Shown piece after piece: positions 19,823 to 32,088 of a stretch of DNA of 64,000 nt (position 1 is its first letter; each line of letters starts with the position of its first letter). A program made the translations under genes and the position numbers. The stretch is from Escherichia coli (GTDB taxonomy: Bacteria > Pseudomonadota > Gammaproteobacteria > Enterobacterales > Enterobacteriaceae): the NCBI RefSeq assembly GCF_016903815.1, contig NZ_CP069973.1; one strand, written 5' to 3'. The notes below the pieces were generated by a model. It was not told the origin of the DNA, made no database searches, and was given only the letters and a program-made list of their open reading frames with translations.

Positions 19823-22114
19823 TTACCCTTCACGTTCCACAACTTTAATTTCCACCATGCCGATCCCGAGCTTACGCGGCGAGTGTCCGAGGATATTCCC
19901 TTCGTTGGTTGAGACAGGTTCCGGCGGCACAATTACCAGTGTGTCGGCATCGGTTGGGTTATCGAAATGCAGTGTGGTGGTGGTTACTTCATTGCCCAGC
20001 ACAAGAGTTTGTTCTTCATTGCCTACGCGTACCGGAATAGGACGGCTGGCGTTATTGCCGTATGCTTTGGCGGTAATCACCAGGTCAAATTTCTTCGGCA
20101 GCGGATGCTTGTACTCGATTTTTACTTCATCGCCCAGCTGAGCGTTGGACCAGCGGCCCCACGACTCCGGACGGGAAATCCCGCTAAACTGTTTCACCTC
20201 TTCTGGCGCACCGGCGACGTTGAAGATGAAACTGTCGGCTTTGTAGCGAATATCGTTATCAACAATTTTCAGCGTATCGACATTGCTTTTGTAACGCGCC
20301 ATGTCGATGACCGTATCTTTAAATGCCGTTTTGCCCTTCCACATTGTTTTATCAACATGCTGGACAATTTGCTGACCGCCAAGCTGCCCTTGCGAGACAC
20401 ACCAGTCGGTGGAGAGTGCCAGTTCCAGAGCCCAGAGTTGTGCCATCTTGTAGCAACGGTCAACCCAGACGAAATTGTCGCGTGGAGCGAAATCTGCCAG
20501 CTGGAAACGCAGCGGTGCTGAGTATTCGCTTTCCGGCAGCGGTTCCACGCGTTTGTCTGAAACCCGCAACAGCAGCGGCAAACGGAAATGGCTACCTGAG
20601 AAGGCAATCATGTTTTTCTGCTGGTCGATGGTGAACTCTTTCATCTCTTTAGGGAATTTCCACAGGCGGATGATATCCGGCTTCCACGCCAATGTTTTCT
20701 CTTTGATATTGAGGAAGATTTCCGACATCGACTGCCCGGATAAACTGCTACGGCCAAGTCCGAGATAGTTATCGCCACCGAGAATGTCCAGCACCGTCGC
20801 GCCGTTATCCATCGTATTACGCTTCACTGCCAGCGTCTCTTGCTGCGGCTTGTCGCCACGGATGACAAAAAACAGGTTATTGCGATCCTGCTTATTAAGG
20901 TATTTCCACGCCGTATTGTTCATCGCTAAATGGTCAGAAGAGACGACGATGACGGTATCTTTAAACCACGGTGACGCTTTGATTTTGTTGATAAACGTCG
21001 CAATATTCTCCTGGCTGCAACTTACCGCGCTGAATGACTGATTCGGCTTACCGTCAAAATCATATTTTTTGCGGTTACAGGTGCGCGAGATAAAACCATC
21101 CGGGTGATGGGTATCGACTGTCAGGGTAAACAGTGAGAATCGCTGACCTGAGCGGGAAAGCTCTTCAAATTTTTTCCACGCTTCATCGAGAACGGTATCG
21201 TCGTAGAATCCCCAGTCGTTGCGATAGTGCGGGTCGGCCACCACGCTTTTCAGCTCTTCTGAGCCGTATAAGTGGTCGAAGCCGTGCGATTTCAGGAACA
21301 CATCTTTACCGGCAAAACGCAGATTCGCGCCCTGCACGAAATAGTTCTGATAACCCGAGTTTTTCATAATATCGCCCAGACAGATGTTCTGCGGGAAGAA
21401 GCTGGAAACAGAAGCGGAGGCGTTGCCTTCAAATGGGGCAAACAGCGGTATGCCGCACTGAGAAGCCACCATGCCCGCAATCGTGTAATCCGTTCCTGGC
21501 AGCTGCTGCGTGTGGCTGAAATCCAGGCCTTCATTTTTCAACGCGCCCAGTTCAGGCGTGAGATCCGGGAAAGCCTCGTTATCAAAATAGGTCCGCTCGA
21601 GACTTTCGCCGTAGATATAAACCAGGTTGAGTTTCGGGTCAGGGATAGTTTTCGACGGCTCTTTATAATAAGCCGCAAAGTCCGGGTCGCCGTCGCGTGA
21701 CTGGGATTTCACCAGTTCCGTTATCTGACGAAATGCCGGGCTGGCATCCACTGAACCCAGCGCCAGTAAGAGTGCCAGCAGGCTGTAACCAAAATGGTGC
21801 GGATGATGACGACGACGGCGCAGGATCCAGCCCAGCGCACCGAACACCGCCGCCAGCCCCAGCACAATGCCGATACCAGGCAGGATGTATTTGCTGACAC
21901 CAGCACCGGTCAGGCTGTTGGTTAAGGTATAGAGAACCGCGTCGTTAATACCATCGCCAGTAAAATAGTCGCTGGCAAACAGGGTGATATTTAAAACGAC
22001 AAATAGCCCCAGTACCGTTAATGTGGCTGCAAACCACCAGGTGTTACGTCCCGCTTTCCATGCGTAAATCAGCACAGAGGCGAGAAAAAGGGCGAAAGAG
22101 AGTAGTTCTGACAA
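19823..22114 (-). CDS. opgB: Phosphoglycerol transferase I OpgB (MdoB)
   Basis: 763-aa [25 protein letters not shown]... with a sulfatase-family domain. Confidence 0.96.
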   Translation of the reverse strand: MSELLSFALFLASVLIYAWKAGRNTWWFAATLTVLGLFVVLNITLFASDYFTGDGINDAVLYTLTNSLTGAGVSKYILPGIGIVLGLAAVFGALGWILRRRRHHPHHFGYSLLALLLALGSVDASPAFRQITELVKSQSRDGDPDFAAYYKEPSKTIPDPKLNLVYIYGESLERTYFDNEAFPDLTPELGALKNEGLDFSHTQQLPGTDYTIAGMVASQCGIPLFAPFEGNASASVSSFFPQNICLGDIMKNSGYQNYFVQGANLRFAGKDVFLKSHGFDHLYGSEELKSVVADPHYRNDWGFYDDTVLDEAWKKFEELSRSGQRFSLFTLTVDTHHPDGFISRTCNRKKYDFDGKPNQSFSAVSCSQENIATFINKIKASPWFKDTVIVVSSDHLAMNNTAWKYLNKQDRNNLFFVIRGDKPQQETLAVKRNTMDNGATVLDILGGDNYLGLGRSSLSGQSMSEIFLNIKEKTLAWKPDIIRLWKFPKEMKEFTIDQQKNMIAFSGSHFRLPLLLRVSDKRVEPLPESEYSAPLRFQLADFAPRDNFVWVDRCYKMAQLWALELALSTDWCVSQGQLGGQQIVQHVDKTMWKGKTAFKDTVIDMARYKSNVDTLKIVDNDIRYKADSFIFNVAGAPEEVKQFSGISRPESWGRWSNAQLGDEVKIEYKHPLPKKFDLVITAKAYGNNASRPIPVRVGNEEQTLVLGNEVTTTTLHFDNPTDADTLVIVPPEPVSTNEGNILGHSPRKLGIGMVEIKVVEREG

Positions 22115-22367
22115 CGGGCGATCCTCACTAAACCGGGCCGTTTAGCCAACGTTTAAGCTTTTTGAGAAGCACAATGTAATGGCGTCGCCATATTGCTGCA
22201 ATTCTAGTGTCAAAAAAATGCGATGTTGTTAGGAATTAGTTTATAAACAGACTTTTTTGATCGCGGTCACTTCCCGTGTAACAGGGGTAAAACCGTCCAG
22301 GAGCAGGGAAAAGGGCAGGAGAGAGCCGCGTCAGCCGGGTAACAGCTAAAACGCGGCGTTTCGCGGT

Positions 22368-22865
22368 TCAGGAAATGAAGTTCAGCCCCTGCTTTAACAC
22401 CAGATCGCAGGCTTTGGTTTTCACCTTTTCTGCCAGCGGAGTCGTTCCAATATTATCCAGATTGAGTTGCTGACCATCTTTGGTTTTCAGCAAACCCTGA
22501 ATGCCATCCAGATAGTTGGTGTCTTCTTTTTGCTCTTCACTGTTCAGGCCCAGTTTTTCCAGTACCTGATTCTTGATGTTTTCGGCATCGGTTACCGAAG
22601 CCAGCTTTTGCTTCGCGCAGTATTGCAGAATGCCTGCGGCGTTGTTCATGTTATCTGCGCTTAAGGCCTGGTTCCCGTTGCTAAGCAAGTTAGTTAATGA
22701 CGCGAGCGACCAACCGCCTTCCTGTGTCGTGTTGTTTTGGTTGCCAAGTTCGCTGGCGGCGCTGGAGAGCGCATCTTTCCAGGACGCAGCATGCACCCCG
22801 GTGGAAATTAATGCGCTGGCGGCAATGGCACAGCACAGAAGATGTTTAATAGTTTTCATCATCAT
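22368..22865 (-). CDS. yjjA: Secreted protein of unknown function YjjA
   Basis: 165-aa ORF with a signal peptide (…ISTGVHA). The exact start among the MMM codons is uncertain. Confidence 0.88.
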   Translation of the reverse strand: MMMKTIKHLLCCAIAASALISTGVHAASWKDALSSAASELGNQNNTTQEGGWSLASLTNLLSNGNQALSADNMNNAAGILQYCAKQKLASVTDAENIKNQVLEKLGLNSEEQKEDTNYLDGIQGLLKTKDGQQLNLDNIGTTPLAEKVKTKACDLVLKQGLNFIS

Positions 22866-22910
22866 TACTCAAGGTTGAATTGTGTCGCAGTATACCGCCA
22901 TAAACGGGGA

Positions 22911-23648
22911 TTAATACTCTTTACCTGTTACACGGCTACGGTAGCTATCCCAGTTGAAGATCACCCACAAACTGTTACCCAGGCGCATACGGTCCATCAC
23001 GCGTTCGCCCAGCAACTTGGTCATCTCTTCCATATTACTGTTGGTCAGCATCCCGGTTGGGCGTTTGGAAGAAGAGCGGCGATCGACGATCTGGTTGATG
23101 ATCACTTTTTCGTATTTCGATTCGGTCTGCACGCCGATCTCATCGATCACCAGCAGATCAACGTTACTCAGATCGTTAAGCAGTTGTTCTTCGCTGGTAC
23201 CGCTATTCCTGAAGGTATCTTTCATCGCCGACATAATATCGGCCACGGTGATGATCAATACGGATTTACCGCGTAGCAGCAGCTCGTTGCAGATTGCCGC
23301 CGCCAGATGGTTTTTGCCGGTTCCTGGCTTGCCAGAAAAGATGAAGCTGGCGATGTTGCCGTCAAACTCTTCGACATACTGGCGCGCTTTGCTTAACGCA
23401 TTCATTTGCCCTTCACACTCAACGCGATAGTTCTCAAAGGAGCAGTTCTGATGCAGTGGACGAATACCGGAGCGGTTAAAGGTGCGCTGCATTTTCATCG
23501 CCCGATTTTCACGTTCGAGAGCGGCGGAGCGGATCGCCCCTTGTTCTTTCTGCCAGGCCAGTAATTCTTCACCCGTTTTGAAAGCAGGTTTGATATGGGC
23601 AGGCATCATTTTTTGCAGGCGTTGCATCAGGTCGCCAACGTTTTTCAT
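22911..23648 (-). CDS. dnaC: Helicase loader DnaC
   Basis: 245-aa ORF with a Walker A motif GKPGTGKNH. Confidence 0.96.
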   Translation of the reverse strand: MKNVGDLMQRLQKMMPAHIKPAFKTGEELLAWQKEQGAIRSAALERENRAMKMQRTFNRSGIRPLHQNCSFENYRVECEGQMNALSKARQYVEEFDGNIASFIFSGKPGTGKNHLAAAICNELLLRGKSVLIITVADIMSAMKDTFRNSGTSEEQLLNDLSNVDLLVIDEIGVQTESKYEKVIINQIVDRRSSSKRPTGMLTNSNMEEMTKLLGERVMDRMRLGNSLWVIFNWDSYRSRVTGKEY

Positions 23649-23650
23649 CG

Positions 23651-24190
23651 TTACCCTCTGAATCCTGGTGGAATTTGGCTGTCAGGTTCACTGACCGTAT
23701 TCACATCTCGTTTCGGCAGTCCGCCGTTGCTGGCACGACCGATTTGCAGGCTGCGCGCCAGTTTTTGTTGCCACTGCACATGGTGAAAGACTTTGCCTTC
23801 CGCCTGCCAGTAGGCAATGAATGACGCCAGTTCTTCGGCGGTCACCGACTCTCTTAGTGCCACGCCCCATAGCGCCGCCAGGCGGATAAAGTCGGCATCG
23901 GGTTGCCAGTCTGGGTACATGGCAAATTTCCCCATGGGTACGGCAACGGGAGCGGTTTGCGGTTCCTGATAGAGTTGATCGTCCAGAGCGACATCGCTTC
24001 CCGGACGCGCCAGCTTTTCTTCCAGCGCCAGCAGTTCAGCCAGGCGTGCAGGAGTGATGGCATAAAACGCCGGGGCATTGTTAGCAAATACGGCAACCAC
24101 ACCGCCTTCAGCTTTTGCCAGAACGGTTTGGTGATCGTGTACCAGGGCGTCAATACCAACGACGTCCGGGGTCAAAACTCTGGAAGACAT
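23651..24190 (-). CDS. dnaT: Primosomal protein DnaT
   Basis: Start placed at [17 protein letters not shown] (179 aa). The stop is 2 nt before the dnaC start. Confidence 0.94.
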   Translation of the reverse strand: MSSRVLTPDVVGIDALVHDHQTVLAKAEGGVVAVFANNAPAFYAITPARLAELLALEEKLARPGSDVALDDQLYQEPQTAPVAVPMGKFAMYPDWQPDADFIRLAALWGVALRESVTAEELASFIAYWQAEGKVFHHVQWQQKLARSLQIGRASNGGLPKRDVNTVSEPDSQIPPGFRG

Positions 24191-24297
24191 ACTGTTTCTC
24201 AAATATGGAACGATGAACGAGAAGGGAGATAACTTTTATAGTAACACACGGAGGAGAGGAGGCTGTCTCTCATCCGCGTGCTTTAAGTGAGGCAATT

Positions 24298-25532
<1,235 letters not shown>

Positions 25533-26151
25533 AACTCGCCCTTTGTCATAGACGTGCTGCGTATTGTTCAGATAATGAGAATCCATTTGTATCATGAAGC
25601 ACGGTTGTTTTGCGGTAGGTTAAGATCAAAATTGCGCTGATTAATCCTGGTTATCGGGAGATGCTCGGTGATAAAAAGCGAATTATCTCTCGCCGTAAAC
25701 AAACTATCGCATGAATATTATCACTATAATGAATTTGTTATTTGGCCTTTACGAGTCAGGATAATAGATAGCTGGGCGCGTTTTTTTATGTTAACAAGTT
25801 AAAACCATCAGATTTTATTGAATAAATATTGATTGTGTGATTCCCGCACTCTGCGGGAAGGGATATCATTTAATTATAAATTAAATGAATGTGATTTCTG
25901 TTTTTCATTAAGTATTCCTAACAACTTAATGTAGATATTTTAAATGTCTCCAGGCTATTTCACCAGGTTATCATTTGATGCTAACCTTCTGACACATGCA
26001 GTGGAGTTGTTGTGCAGCAGGAGTATGCTGATATGAAAGTGAATGCTAAGGATAATTTATTCGCTTAATCTATTAATTTGCTGGAAACATTTAAGGAATG
26101 AATATCCTGAATAAACCATCATGATTTTTAGACAGTGGATGTGGAGGAAAT

Positions 26152-26877
26152 ATGTTGCCAGGATGCTGCAAAAATGGAATTGTTATCAGTAAAATACCTG
26201 TTATGCAAGCAGGGTTAAAAGAGGTCATGAGGACTCACTTCCCTGAATATGAAATAATATCCAGCGCCTCTGCGGAGGACCTTACCTTATTACAATTACG
26301 TCGTTCCGGATTAGTCATTGCTGATTTAGCCGGTGAAAGTGAAGATCCACGTTCTGTTTGTGAACATTATTATTCTTTAATCTCACAATATCGGGAAATT
26401 CACTGGGTTTTCATGGTGTCACGCTCCTGGTATTCCCAGGCAGTAGAATTGCTCATGTGCCCTACGGCGACGTTATTGTCTGATGTTGAACCCATTGAGA
26501 ATCTGGTCAAGACCGTACGTTCCGGCAATACGCACGCAGAGCGTATCAGCGCCATGCTGACCTCTCCGGCAATGACTGAAACTCATGATTTTAGCTATCG
26601 CTCCGTCATTCTCACTCTTTCAGAGCGCAAGGTACTGCGGCTATTAGGTAAAGGATGGGGCATCAACCAGATAGCTTCGTTGCTTAAGAAAAGTAATAAA
26701 ACTATCAGCGCCCAAAAAAACAGTGCGATGCGTCGACTGGCAATTCACAGCAACGCTGAAATGTATGCATGGATAAATAGCGCGCAGGGTGCAAGAGAAC
26801 TTAACTTGCCTTCTGTTTATGGAGATGCCGCAGAATGGAACACAGCCGAATTAAGAAGAGAAATGTCGCACTCATAG
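26152..26877 (+). CDS. yjjQ: LuxR/FixJ-type transcription factor YjjQ
   Basis: 241-aa ORF with a C-terminal LuxR HTH ([34 protein letters not shown]). Confidence 0.93.
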
Positions 26878-27512
26878 AAAAATGCGTCATGAGCAGTATC
26901 GGTATTGAGAGTTTATTCAGAAAGTTTGCGGGTAACCCTTATAAGCTCCATACCTATACCAGTCAGGAGTCATTTCAGGATGCCATGTCGCGGATCTCAT
27001 TTGCGGCGGTCATTTTTTCTTTTTCTGCCATGAGAAGTGAGCGCAGAGAGGGATTATCTTGCCTGACTGAACTGGCGATTAAGTTTCCGCGTACCCGGCG
27101 TTTAGTTATTGCGGATGATGATATTGAAGCTCGGCTGATTGGTTCATTGTCGCCATCACCGCTGGACGGTGTATTAAGTAAAGCGTCAACGCTGGAGATT
27201 TTTCATCAGGAACTCTTTTTGTCATTAAATGGTGTACGTCAGGCGACCGACCGACTGAACAATCAGTGGTACATTAACCAAAGCCGGACGTTAAGCCCGA
27301 CGGAGAGAGAAATATTGCGCTTTATGTCGCGTGGCTACTCAATGACACAAATTGCCGAGCAGCTTAAACGCAATATCAAAACGATCCGTGCACATAAATT
27401 TAATGTGATGTCGAAACTGGGCGTCAGTTCTGATGCAGGGTTGTTGGAGGCCGCAGATATTCTGTTATGTATGCGGCATTGCGAAGCAAGTAATGTGTTG
27501 CATCCCTATTAA
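26835..27512 (+). CDS. bglJ: LuxR-type transcriptional activator BglJ
   Basis: 225-aa ORF overlapping the yjjQ 3' end by 43 nt, with a C-terminal LuxR HTH ([25 protein letters not shown]). Confidence 0.93.
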
Positions 27513-27549
27513 TCCGCATTATGCCGGGTTTACTTCCCCGGCAGTGCTT

Positions 27550-28338
27550 TCATTTCAGCGTACAATCGCCACATTGCTGCACATCCGGTAAGCGATAACG
27601 CTGGCAGCAAGTGCGGCGCACCAGCAGGCCGTCGCGCAGTACCACGGTACGCCAGAGTGGATTATCTTCACCGGTAGAAAGCGTTTTCTCAAAAAAGAGG
27701 GCATGGCGCAGCGATTCAACCGTCGCCTCGCCGAGCAGTTGCTTCATCTCAGTGAGATACCAGTTGATCAAATAACCGGTATTACTCCAGATAAGTTTGC
27801 CGTTGATCTCTCCGGTCGCTTCTAGTGCCTGCACAACCGGAACCAGCGCCTGGCTGATTAACGTTTCCATTCGCTGCTGCGGCGAATGTGGTGTTGCGTT
27901 TTTATCTTCACACACATCGACCCAGAAACAGGCGGCACGGCCGGTTTCGTGAAACTCAGCATGGAAATGTTCCGGCGACACATCTAATGCCTTTTCCTGC
28001 GTCAGTAGCGCCAGCATTAATGGTGGCACCATCAGGCCGATATACCATTGTGCCCATAGCGAGATCAGCGGTTTGTTCTCGCGGATCATCGTTGGTTGGT
28101 TGCGATAGATATGATCGGAATAGACCGCGAGTAGAGAACTTAGCGCATTCGGTGATGACCATTGCGCCAGCGTCATGGCGTTAAGCGGAGCGGGTTCATC
28201 CAGGCGGATAAACTCCAGCAAATGTTCACGATGTTCGGCGATCGTCGCACGTACGGCTTGTGCAAGCCCAGCATCCTGTGGCTGGAGATGCGTTCGCCAG
28301 ATAACATCTTCATAGAGCGGTGCGGAACGATAGGCCAT
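27550..28338 (-). CDS. fhuF: Ferric-siderophore reductase FhuF
   Basis: 262-aa ORF with the C-terminal CCxxxxxxxxxxCxxC 2Fe-2S motif (CCQRYRLPDVQQCGDC). Confidence 0.95.
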   Translation of the reverse strand: MAYRSAPLYEDVIWRTHLQPQDAGLAQAVRATIAEHREHLLEFIRLDEPAPLNAMTLAQWSSPNALSSLLAVYSDHIYRNQPTMIRENKPLISLWAQWYIGLMVPPLMLALLTQEKALDVSPEHFHAEFHETGRAACFWVDVCEDKNATPHSPQQRMETLISQALVPVVQALEATGEINGKLIWSNTGYLINWYLTEMKQLLGEATVESLRHALFFEKTLSTGEDNPLWRTVVLRDGLLVRRTCCQRYRLPDVQQCGDCTLK

Positions 28339-28356
28339 AATCGGGATAGTAATCTA

Positions 28357-28376
28357 AATGATAATGATTGCTAATC
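28357..28376. promoter_or_regulatory. Fur box (fhuF promoter-proximal)
   Basis: AATGATAATGATTGCTAATC compared with the consensus GATAATGATAATCATTATC. Confidence 0.75.
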
Positions 28377-28424
28377 CTAGCGATAGGTTTATCCGATAGC
28401 AAGGGATTTCTCTGGCTTGCAAAT

Positions 28425-28460
28425 GATAAAAATTATCATATGATATTGGTTATCATTATC
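28425..28460. promoter_or_regulatory. Tandem or overlapping Fur boxes (yjjZ side)
   Basis: GATAAAAATTATCATATGATATTGGTTATCATTATC contains reiterated GATAAT/ATTATC hexamers. Confidence 0.7.
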
Positions 28461-28478
28461 AATGAAAGAGATGAAACC

Positions 28479-28715
28479 ATGTTGCAACGTACGCTGGGCA
28501 GTGGCTGGGGAGTGTTGCTGCCAGGATTGCTGATTGCAGGGCTGATGTATGCGGATTTATCACCGGATCAGTGGCGGATTGTCATTCTGATGGGATTAGT
28601 ATTGACGTCGGTGATGCTGTATCACAAACAGTTACGGCATTACGTTTTGCTACCATCGTGCCTGGCGCTTATTGCTGCCATCATGCTGATGATAATGAAT
28701 TTGAATCAGGGATGA
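28479..28715 (+). CDS. yjjZ: Small membrane protein YjjZ
   Basis: Start placed at MLQRTLGSGWGVLLPGLL (78 aa). The ORF track extension upstream crosses the Fur boxes. Confidence 0.8.
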   Translation: MLQRTLGSGWGVLLPGLLIAGLMYADLSPDQWRIVILMGLVLTSVMLYHKQLRHYVLLPSCLALIAAIMLMIMNLNQG

Positions 28716-28753
28716 AAAATCAAGGAAGAAACAAGAAAGGAAGTAAAGATAAT

Positions 28754-28840
28754 TGGTGCGAGGGGGGGGACTTGAACCCCCACGTCCGTAAGGACACTAA
28801 CACCTGAAGCTAGCGCGTCTACCAATTCCGCCACCTTCGC
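28754..28840 (-). tRNA. leuQ: tRNA-Leu (anticodon CAG)
   Basis: 87 nt. The reverse complement is GCGAAGGTGGCGGAATTGGTAGACGCGCTAGCTTCAGGTGTTAGTGTCCTTACGGACGTGGGGGTTCAAGTCCCCCCCCTCGCACCA, with an encoded CCA and a long variable arm. Confidence 0.97.
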
Positions 28841-28874
28841 ACAGTCATCTTACTTTTTTTGATATCGCCTCGTT

Positions 28875-28961
28875 TGGTGCGAGGGGGGGGACTTGAACCC
28901 CCACGTCCGTAAGAACACTAACACCTGAAGCTAGCGCGTCTACCAATTCCGCCACCTTCGC
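28875..28961 (-). tRNA. leuP: tRNA-Leu (anticodon CAG), variable-arm variant
   Basis: Same 87-nt sequence apart from one position in the variable arm (plus strand GTAAGAACAC versus GTAAGGACAC). Confidence 0.96.
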
Positions 28962-28989
28962 CCAGTGCGAGCAATATCAACGTGGTTTT

Positions 28990-29076
28990 TGGTGCGAGGG
29001 GGGGGACTTGAACCCCCACGTCCGTAAGGACACTAACACCTGAAGCTAGCGCGTCTACCAATTCCGCCACCTTCGC
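28990..29076 (-). tRNA. leuV: tRNA-Leu (anticodon CAG)
   Basis: Identical to the 28754-28840 copy. It is the promoter-proximal gene of the array. Confidence 0.97.
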
Positions 29077-29117
29077 ATACCATCAATTCTTAAAAAGAAT
29101 TGCTACCACGGAGGCGC

Positions 29118-29145
29118 ATTCTAGTGGTTTTCAGCTTTTCGTCAA
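29118..29145 (-). promoter_or_regulatory. leuV operon promoter with GC-rich discriminator
   Basis: The minus strand reads TTGACG-N16-TAGAAT followed by GCGCCTCC, which is typical of stringently controlled stable-RNA promoters. Confidence 0.75.
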
Positions 29146-29229
29146 TAGTTAATTATCGCCGGAGGTGTAATTGCTGGAAAAATGTCCATCAGGAAACTAG
29201 CGTGCAGGTTTGGTAGGCATGCGGGGGCA

Positions 29230-29336
<107 letters not shown>

Positions 29337-29343
29337 GAGATAA

Positions 29344-30375
29344 TTAACCTTTCTTCGCCTGGCGGGTCATAATGGCGCGATACACCTTGAAACGCCCGGT
29401 TTGCGCAATCACTTCATGGAAGCCAAATGTCTCATCCAGCACGTCCGGGTAAGGCAGGAAGGCGTTCGCTACAATTCGCAGCTCGCCGCCGCTATTAAGA
29501 TGACGCACCGCGCCGCGAATCAGCGTTTGCGCCGCATCCAGGCTGGTTTGCATCCCATCGTGGAACGGCGGGTTGGAGATGATCATATCAAAACGACCTT
29601 TCACCTCGGAAAAGACGTTGCTGGCAAAGACTTCACCTTCAACACAGTTGGCCGCAAGTGTTGCGCGGCTGGCTTCTACCGCTGGCGCAGAGACATCGCA
29701 CAAGGTGAGACGAATTTTCGGCGAATGGCGCGCAAAGGCAACTGAAAGCACCCCCGCGCCACAGCCGACATCCAGCACTTTACCTTTCGTGTGCGGGGTT
29801 AACGTCGAGAGTAACAACTGGCTACCGACATCCAGACCGTCGCGGCTAAACACGCCAGGCAGCGTTTTGACCGTCAGGCCATCGACGCTGTATTCGCCCC
29901 AGAATTTATCCGCATCAAATACTGGCTGTTTTTCCAGACGACCAAAATAGAGGCCACAGCGACGAGCGCTGTCGACTTTATTCAACGGCGCATAATCTGC
30001 CAGCATCTGCTCGGCGCTGCGCACGCCGCTGCGGTTCTCGCCAACGACAAAAATATCCGTCCCCACCGGCAGCAGAGAAAGTAAATTCATCAACTGGAAC
30101 TGGGCTTCCGGTTTGTTCTTCGGCCAGTAGTAAATCAGCGTATCGCAATCTGCGACGTCATCCGCCGTGGCGACCAGACTGAAACGGGCGTTATCCCCCA
30201 TCTGGCGGCTTAATACCTGCCAGTGGTGGAATTGCTGGGTATGAGCACGGCTGGCCGCGGTATCTAAACGCGCGGGCAGGTCATCCTGTAAGTCTCCGGC
30301 AAACAGAATACGGCTTTGTTCGAAATCATCACTGTGACGCAGCAAGACTTCACTTGCCGGGGTAAATGCAGACAT
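29344..30375 (-). CDS. rsmC: 16S rRNA m2G1207 methyltransferase RsmC
   Basis: 343-aa ORF with an AdoMet motif [11 protein letters not shown] and an NPPFH motif. Confidence 0.95.
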
Positions 30376-30477
30376 GGAATGCTCCTCAATTGATACTGGC
30401 GGCGATTATAGCCATATGTTGGCGCGGTATCGACGAATTTGCTATATTTGCGCCCCTGACAACAGGAGCGATTCGCT

Positions 30478-30891
30478 ATGACATCCCGACGAGACTGGCA
30501 GTTACAGCAACTGGGCATTACCCAGTGGTCGCTGCGTCGCCCTGGCGCGTTGCAGGGGGAGATTGCCATTGCGATCCCGGCACACGTCCGTCTGGTGATG
30601 GTGGCAAACGATCTTCCCGCCCTGACTGATCCTTTAGTGAGCGATGTTCTGCGCGCATTAACCGTCAGCCCCGATCAAGTGCTGCAACTGACGCCAGAAA
30701 AAATCGCGATGCTGCCGCAAGGCAGTCGCTGCAACAGCTGGCGGTTGGGTACTGACGAACCGCTATCATTGGAAGGCGCTCAGGTGGCATCACCGGCGCT
30801 CACCGAATTACGGGCAAACCCAACGGCACGCGCCGCGTTATGGCAACAAATTTGCACATATGAACACGATTTCTTCCCTCGAAACGGCTGA
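30478..30891 (+). CDS. holD: DNA polymerase III psi subunit HolD
   Basis: 137-aa ORF MTSRRDWQLQQLGITQWSLRRP... Confidence 0.94.
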   Translation: MTSRRDWQLQQLGITQWSLRRPGALQGEIAIAIPAHVRLVMVANDLPALTDPLVSDVLRALTVSPDQVLQLTPEKIAMLPQGSRCNSWRLGTDEPLSLEGAQVASPALTELRANPTARAALWQQICTYEHDFFPRNG

Positions 30892-31306
30892 TTTACCAGC
30901 GGCTTACCATATTGAACAACGCGCCCACGCCTTTCCGTGGAGTGAAAAAACCTTTGCCAGCAACCAGGGCGAGCGTTATCTCAACTTTCAGTTAACGCAA
31001 AACGGCAAAATGGCGGCGTTTGCGATTACGCAAGTGGTGCTGGATGAAGCTACATTGTTCAATATTGCGGTCGATCCTGACTATCAGCGTCAGGGATTGG
31101 GAAGGGCGCTGCTGGAACATCTGATCGACGAACTGGAAAAACGCGGCGTGGCGACACTATGGCTGGAAGTCCGTGCTTCAAACGCTGCCGCCATTGCCCT
31201 GTACGAAAGTTTAGGCTTTAACGAGGCGACAATTCGCCGCAATTACTACCCCACCACGGACGGTCGCGAAGACGCCATCATCATGGCGTTGCCAATCAGT
31301 ATGTAA
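30860..31306 (+). CDS. rimI: Ribosomal protein bS18 alanine N-acetyltransferase RimI
   Basis: 148-aa GNAT ORF ([13 protein letters not shown]) overlapping the holD 3' end by 32 nt. Confidence 0.94.
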   Translation: MNTISSLETADLPAAYHIEQRAHAFPWSEKTFASNQGERYLNFQLTQNGKMAAFAITQVVLDEATLFNIAVDPDYQRQGLGRALLEHLIDELEKRGVATLWLEVRASNAAAIALYESLGFNEATIRRNYYPTTDGREDAIIMALPISM

Positions 31307-31320
31307 GACAAGGTGGAATA

Positions 31321-31998
31321 ATGAAGTGGGACTGGATTTTCTTTGATGCCGATGAAACGCTGTTTACCTTTGACTCATTCACCGGCCTGCAGCGGATGTT
31401 TCTTGATTACAGCGTCACCTTTACCGCTGAAGATTTTCAGGACTATCAGGCCGTTAACAAGCCACTGTGGGTGGATTATCAAAACGGCGCGATCACTTCA
31501 TTACAGCTTCAGCACGGGCGGTTTGAGAGCTGGGCCGAACGGCTGAACGTCGAGCCGGGTAAACTCAACGAAGCCTTTATTAATGCGATGGCGGAAATCT
31601 GTACGCCGCTGCCGGGCGCGGTTTCTCTGCTTAACGCCATTCGTGGCAACGCTAAAATTGGCATCATCACCAACGGCTTTAGCGCCTTGCAGCAAGTGCG
31701 TCTGGAACGCACGGGCCTGCGTGATTATTTCGATTTGCTGGTGATTTCCGAAGAAGTTGGCGTTGCCAAACCGAATAAGAAAATTTTCGATTATGCGCTG
31801 GAACAGGCGGGCAATCCTGACCGTTCACGCGTGCTGATGGTTGGCGACACTGCCGAGTCCGATATTCTCGGTGGCATCAACGCCGGGCTTGCGACCTGCT
31901 GGCTGAATGCGCACAATCGCGAGCAACCAGAAGGCATCGCGCCCACCTGGACCGTTTCTTCGTTGCACGAACTGGAGCAGCTCCTGTGTAAACACTGA
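31321..31998 (+). CDS. yjjG: HAD-family pyrimidine 5'-nucleotidase YjjG
   Basis: 225-aa ORF with the HAD motif [10 protein letters not shown]. Confidence 0.93.
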   Translation: MKWDWIFFDADETLFTFDSFTGLQRMFLDYSVTFTAEDFQDYQAVNKPLWVDYQNGAITSLQLQHGRFESWAERLNVEPGKLNEAFINAMAEICTPLPGAVSLLNAIRGNAKIGIITNGFSALQQVRLERTGLRDYFDLLVISEEVGVAKPNKKIFDYALEQAGNPDRSRVLMVGDTAESDILGGINAGLATCWLNAHNREQPEGIAPTWTVSSLHELEQLLCKH

Positions 31999-32088
31999 TT
32001 GCCTCCCCCCCGTTGATGGGTAAAATAGCCGCAATTTTTCGTTTTCAACAAGCGCGGCGCGATGCCGCTTACTCAAGAAGAAAGAATT

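Noticed and set aside
28571-28807. A 78-aa ORF running from yjjZ into the first tRNA gene
   Set aside because: It overlaps the real yjjZ frame and a tRNA gene, so it is spurious.
28741-29100. A regular repeat-spacer pattern (87-bp repeats with 28-34 bp spacers) that superficially resembles a CRISPR array
   Set aside because: The repeats fold and read as complete tRNA-Leu(CAG) genes with encoded CCA. There are only three copies and no cas genes are present.
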